From Pseudomonadota bacterium (GTDB lineage: Bacteria > Desulfobacterota > Desulfobacteria > Desulfobacterales > JBDRRP01): a stretch of 64,000 bases of DNA. Numbering within the stretch: position 1 is the first letter of the stretch; the number at the start of each line of letters is the position of its first letter. The notes beneath the pieces are model-generated. The model was not told the origin of the DNA, made no database searches, and saw only the letters and a program-made list of their open reading frames with translations. The stretch spans positions 62,001 through 126,000 of the forward strand of contig JBDRRP010000093.1 of NCBI GenBank assembly GCA_043825735.1, given 5' to 3'. Position numbers and translations under genes: made by a program. Shown piece by piece: positions 60,015 to 64,000 of this stretch.

Positions 60015-61151
60015 ATGGCAGATAAAAAAGAATACCTCCAGTGGGACCCATCGCAGGTGCGCTCTGAGGTGGCCGATGCCGTCGCCGTGGCCGGTGGCAA
60101 AGAGCAAATCGTCCTTTCCTTTGGAAGACATCGCCCCCCGGCCCCGGGCGACGAAGCGATCACGGTCGACTGCAGCGACCGGATCATCCTTGGCCCCCGT
60201 GCCGCCAAACGGCTGTCCGTTCTTTTAGACCATGCAGTCGGAGACTGGGAGCGCAGCTACGGAGCCATCGCTGGCGGCATCCGTGCGCCAGCGGGCCGCG
60301 CGGAACCGGCGCCGGCCGAAGAAGTCGCCGCTTTTGAAAACGTGGCCGCCGACCGGCTCTTTTCCCTAGTCCAGACGATTGATGCGCCCGTCGGCTTTGA
60401 GCGCTCTTTTAAACTGTTTGACCGCACCCTGCTGGCGCACCGGTTTCTCATGGGGTTCAAAAAAACCGCGGCCACGGCCGGGGTGACTGCAAAAGTCATG
60501 GACATCTGCCGGCGGACCGATATGCCGGCAGCGTACCGGGACCTGTTTCAAAAGCATCTTCCGGCATCCAATATCGTTCTTTTCGGTTTCGAGGAAAACG
60601 AAGCCGGCAGCGTATACAAGGCCTACCTGGAATTCGGGGGACAGTTCGAATCGGTCCTTCGGGAAAACCCGGCCGACCCCGCGCCCTTTCTCCTTCACCT
60701 GGGATTTAAATGGGACACCGCCGACAACCGGCGCCGTGCCCTGGCTCGGTATGTATGCTTTCCGGCCTACGGCATCGATGACATGCGAGACAGACTGTCG
60801 GCCGTTTTCTACGACGAGCGCCACAAAACGCCGTTCACCGTGACCTGCGCGCTGCTGCGCCTGGCCCGGGAACGGATGATGCCGGAGCGGCCCCTTTACC
60901 TGGAAGTGAGCGAGGACGGCAGCCCCAGACGCTCCTTTGACATCAACCTGTACCGGGCAAACCTGCGGATGGAAACGCTCTATCCGCTGCTGGCGGACCT
61001 TTGCCGCCACTACCGGATCCCGATGGCCGCCTTCCATGACGTCTACGATCCAGTCAGGACACGGTTTTTCGGGCACCTGTCCGGCGGCGTCGACCGGCAG
61101 GGGCGGGATTTTCTCACGATCTATTACGGTGTGAAGGGAAGCACGGGTTAG
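60015..61151 (+). CDS. DUF3467-like N-terminal domain fused to a putative ABBA-fold (LynF/TruF/PagF-like) prenyltransferase domain
   Basis: N-term QWD...EQIVLSFG...DRIILGPRAAKRLSVLL...ERSYG; C-domain FERSFKLFDRTLLAHRFLM, FGFEE...YKAYLEF, terminal LTIYY; assignment by recalled motif similarity only. Confidence 0.6.
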   Translation: MADKKEYLQWDPSQVRSEVADAVAVAGGKEQIVLSFGRHRPPAPGDEAITVDCSDRIILGPRAAKRLSVLLDHAVGDWERSYGAIAGGIRAPAGRAEPAPAEEVAAFENVAADRLFSLVQTIDAPVGFERSFKLFDRTLLAHRFLMGFKKTAATAGVTAKVMDICRRTDMPAAYRDLFQKHLPASNIVLFGFEENEAGSVYKAYLEFGGQFESVLRENPADPAPFLLHLGFKWDTADNRRRALARYVCFPAYGIDDMRDRLSAVFYDERHKTPFTVTCALLRLARERMMPERPLYLEVSEDGSPRRSFDINLYRANLRMETLYPLLADLCRHYRIPMAAFHDVYDPVRTRFFGHLSGGVDRQGRDFLTIYYGVKGSTG

Positions 61152-61157
61152 CCGGCC

Positions 61158-62057
61158 ATGACAAAAGCGCATATCGATCTGAGTACCTACGTGGTGATCT
61201 CGATCTGGTTCGGGTGCAACAACGCGTGCACGATCTGCATGCTGGGCGACATGAAGCGGCATCTGCCGGCCATCGGTTTTGAGGGGTTCAAGCAGGTGCT
61301 TGCGCAAATCCGTGAGCAGGGGCGCTTTCGGAACCTGATCCTGTCCGGGGCCGAGGTGACCACTTTCAATGAGCTGCCCCGGTATGTGGCTCACGCCGCG
61401 TCCCTCAAGTGGTTTCGGAAAATCCAGATCCAGACCAACGGGCGGCGTCTTGGCGAGCCGCGCTATCTACGCCACCTGGTCGATCTGGGCGTCAACGAGT
61501 TTTTCGTCAGCATCCACGGCACCGGCGCCGTCCACGATGCCATCGCCGGCCAGACTGGTGCCTATGAGGAAACCATGGCGGGCATCCGCGACCTGGCGGC
61601 CCTGCCGGTCAACACCATCACCAATACCGTCCTGACAACGGCCAACGCAGGCGATGTCCCCCATCTCATGGAAACGCTTGCCGATGCTCAGACCAGCGAG
61701 ATGCATCTGTGGAACTACTTCCCCATGGAAAGATCCGACACCAGGGGCCAGGTGGTTTCCCTGGCCGAGCTCTGCGCCATGCTGCCGGAGCTCGTCGCCA
61801 TCGCCCTCAGAGCGCAAAAACCCCTGGTGCTCAAAAGCTTTCCCGAATGCCTCGACATCGCCGCGCCGGGCGTCTTTGACAGTTTTTTCCCGGTCACCGT
61901 CCTGCCGGACCCCTTCTGGCGGGAATTTGCCGAATGCGGATTCGGCGCCTGCCCCCACCGGGGACCGTGCACGAATGCGGCCTGCTGGGGACTTTCAGCG
62001 GCGTACATCGAAAAATACGGGGACGAGCGCGCGCGCCTGCAGCCCCGTAGAGACTAG
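61158..62057 (+). CDS. Radical SAM protein with Cys-rich C-terminal extension
   Basis: CNNACTIC (Cx3Cx2C), LSGAEVT, IQTNG, VSIHG; C-terminal FPEC...CGFGACPHRGPCTNAACWG. Confidence 0.88.
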   Translation: MTKAHIDLSTYVVISIWFGCNNACTICMLGDMKRHLPAIGFEGFKQVLAQIREQGRFRNLILSGAEVTTFNELPRYVAHAASLKWFRKIQIQTNGRRLGEPRYLRHLVDLGVNEFFVSIHGTGAVHDAIAGQTGAYEETMAGIRDLAALPVNTITNTVLTTANAGDVPHLMETLADAQTSEMHLWNYFPMERSDTRGQVVSLAELCAMLPELVAIALRAQKPLVLKSFPECLDIAAPGVFDSFFPVTVLPDPFWREFAECGFGACPHRGPCTNAACWGLSAAYIEKYGDERARLQPRRD

Positions 62058-62287
62058 TGGCGCTTCATAGAGAAGCGAAAAATAAATTCCTCGCGCAGAG
62101 ACGCAAAGACGCTGAGAACTGATGACGCTGAATGGTTCACCACGAAGAACACGAACAATTGGTGTGATCTTTGCCGATTGCAGGAGGGGAACCCCTCCCC
62201 TACGAAACAGTCGGAACACCAGCTTGAGGGTCGTGCATAACCAGATTAATGACATTTGCGATAGCGTGCCGGAGTAAAGGGAGGACC

Positions 62288-63157
62288 ATGCCTCAGACAA
62301 ACCGATACGAGACGGCTGAAGCGGGCGATCGCTACCATGACTTCTGCCTTTGGCCATATATGCCCATCGGTTCCTGTGCGGGCAAACTGAGATCGTCCGG
62401 CCTGCTGTTTCACTCCTTTGCGGCGGCCGGCATGCCCGATCGGGTTTACGAACTGATCGGCGCCATCCGCAACGGTTTCGGTGTATCGAACACGGTCTGG
62501 GGCGTGAAACTCGTAGGCGGCGCACTGCGCTGGGAGTTCTACTTCTACGATTACCGCAGAAATGACCGGGAGCGTTCCATGACGCGGCTCCTGGAATTGA
62601 TCCGGCCGCTGGTCGCCTGCGACATTCCGGTCAACGAAAACCATCACTACTTCATGTTTTCCATCGACATCACCACGGATCTGATGGCTAAAAGCGGCGC
62701 TCTCGAGGAGATCCACATGTATATCGGCAACCCGGGCAGCACGGTCTCGTCCGGGATCTGCTACGCCCTCACCGGCGGCCCGCCGCGCCTGGAGAACATC
62801 TACTATTTTTTCGATGCCGAAACGCAGGCCGACGATATTAGCGCCAAAATCGTCTGCTCTTCACACATAGACACCACACACATCGCTCCGGAAGAGATCC
62901 TCTGGCCCGAGATGACAGGGTGCCGGGTCATCGTGGTCGCCAACAAACCGGAAAACGATGCCGTCTATTTTTCGGGCATCGACGTGGGACAACTCCTTTT
63001 CTTTCTCAGGAGAATGGGCTATCCGTCCGCGGTCGTCTCTTTTATCGAGGAAAACCGCCCCCGTCTCGACCACCTGCGTTACGATGTTGGGTTCGACTAC
63101 CGGATGGAGAACGGTTCTCTGGCCATTCTGAAAAGCGGGTTTTACGGAATCTTTTAG
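62288..63157 (+). CDS. Uncharacterised aromatic-rich protein
   Basis: 289-codon ORF with host-like codon usage and GGGAGG RBS; TVWGVK...WEFYFYDY, YFMFSIDI, YDVGFDY. Confidence 0.75.
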   Translation: MPQTNRYETAEAGDRYHDFCLWPYMPIGSCAGKLRSSGLLFHSFAAAGMPDRVYELIGAIRNGFGVSNTVWGVKLVGGALRWEFYFYDYRRNDRERSMTRLLELIRPLVACDIPVNENHHYFMFSIDITTDLMAKSGALEEIHMYIGNPGSTVSSGICYALTGGPPRLENIYYFFDAETQADDISAKIVCSSHIDTTHIAPEEILWPEMTGCRVIVVANKPENDAVYFSGIDVGQLLFFLRRMGYPSAVVSFIEENRPRLDHLRYDVGFDYRMENGSLAILKSGFYGIF

Positions 63158-63400
63158 AATTGGTCTTTTCCCAAAGTGATGTTGAACCACGGAGTCACGG
63201 AGGACACGGAGATTTTATATACAAAATCAAACGCTTTTGATTTTCTCCGTGCACGCCGTGACTCCGTATTGATAACAATGGCTCTAAACTGCATTCTCGC
63301 GCAGAGGCGCAAAGACGCAGAGAACTTCAATACAACGAGATCCCCTTCGCGCACTTCGTGTGCTTCGTGGTTCACATTACATAAAAGCGAGGGCCGGAAA

Positions 63401-64000
63401 TCACTTGATGGGAAACACGACCCGGCATTTCAAACCGGCCGGCAGGGCATCGTTGGGGTTGGGCAGCTCCAGCCGCACCCCGAAGGTCCCGCTGGCCGCA
63501 TCGACCACCCGGTCCACGATGATCACGCGGGCGCTGTAGGCGCGCGCCGTGTAGGTTTCAGGCTGCACGTCCGCGGTCATCCCGACCGTAATCTTTCCAA
63601 AAAATTCGACCGGTACGATGACTTCCACAAACAGGGGCGTGAGCCGCACGATTTTCACAATCGGGTCTTCACCGACGTATTCGCCGGGCGACAGGAAGCG
63701 CTCCACCACCACGCCCTCGATGGGGCTGCGGATGGTGCGGATGGCCAGTTTTTCCCGGGCCTCCCGGAGTTGGAGTTCGGCAATCCGGAATTCCGTTTCC
63801 AGCTCGTCCTTGTCGTTGACGGAAATGAGTTTCTTTCGGGACAATTCTTCGTTGCGGGCGACTTTGCGCTTGCCGAATTCCATCCGTGCGGCCGCCAGAT
63901 CCACCGCAGCGGTTTCGCTCTCGGAATGAAGACTGGCAATGATCTGCCCCGCCGCTATCCGGTCACCGCGCTCAACGGATATCGCTTCCAGGATTCCGGG
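63401..64000 (-). CDS. RND/HlyD-type periplasmic adaptor (membrane fusion protein), 5' end outside window
   Basis: IRSPIEGVVVER..PGEYV, VVDAASGTFGVRLELPN...LPAGL; frame open to window edge. Confidence 0.88.
   Translation of the reverse strand, partial: PGILEAISVERGDRIAAGQIIASLHSESETAAVDLAAARMEFGKRKVARNEELSRKKLISVNDKDELETEFRIAELQLREAREKLAIRTIRSPIEGVVVERFLSPGEYVGEDPIVKIVRLTPLFVEVIVPVEFFGKITVGMTADVQPETYTARAYSARVIIVDRVVDAASGTFGVRLELPNPNDALPAGLKCRVVFPIK

Overview
GC-rich chromosomal segment, most likely from a sulfate-reducing deltaproteobacterium (Desulfobacterales-like; inferred from dsrC, ahbA, Hdr/Flx genes and the intergenic repeat families). Contents in order: housekeeping genes (hpt, DnaJ-type chaperone, mnmG, TIGR01212-type radical SAM, nadE, miaA); a sigma54 two-component module whose kinase and second response regulator carry unusual internally duplicated domains; a redox operon (split Sec-HdrA / NuoE / NuoF / NuoG-HdrA fusion / Sec-FlxD / FlxCBA) followed by dsrC; mixed metabolic genes; a foreign-looking lipoprotein gene flanked by duplicated transposase-tail elements; a 2-oxoacid:ferredoxin oxidoreductase + HdrL-like / MvhD-HdrD / Sec-HdrA-MvhD cluster; integron debris (intI fragment, attC, toxin-antitoxin cassette); a PrdB-like selenoprotein; a DEAD-box helicase; and an uncharacterised three-gene cluster (DUF3467-like domain fused to a cyanobactin-prenyltransferase-like domain, radical SAM, second unknown protein) converging on a membrane-fusion protein gene. 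Five genes contain in-frame TGA codons at conserved Cys/Sec positions that the ORF track splits. No rRNA, tRNA or CRISPR array was recognised. All family assignments come from motif recognition by eye, not database searches.
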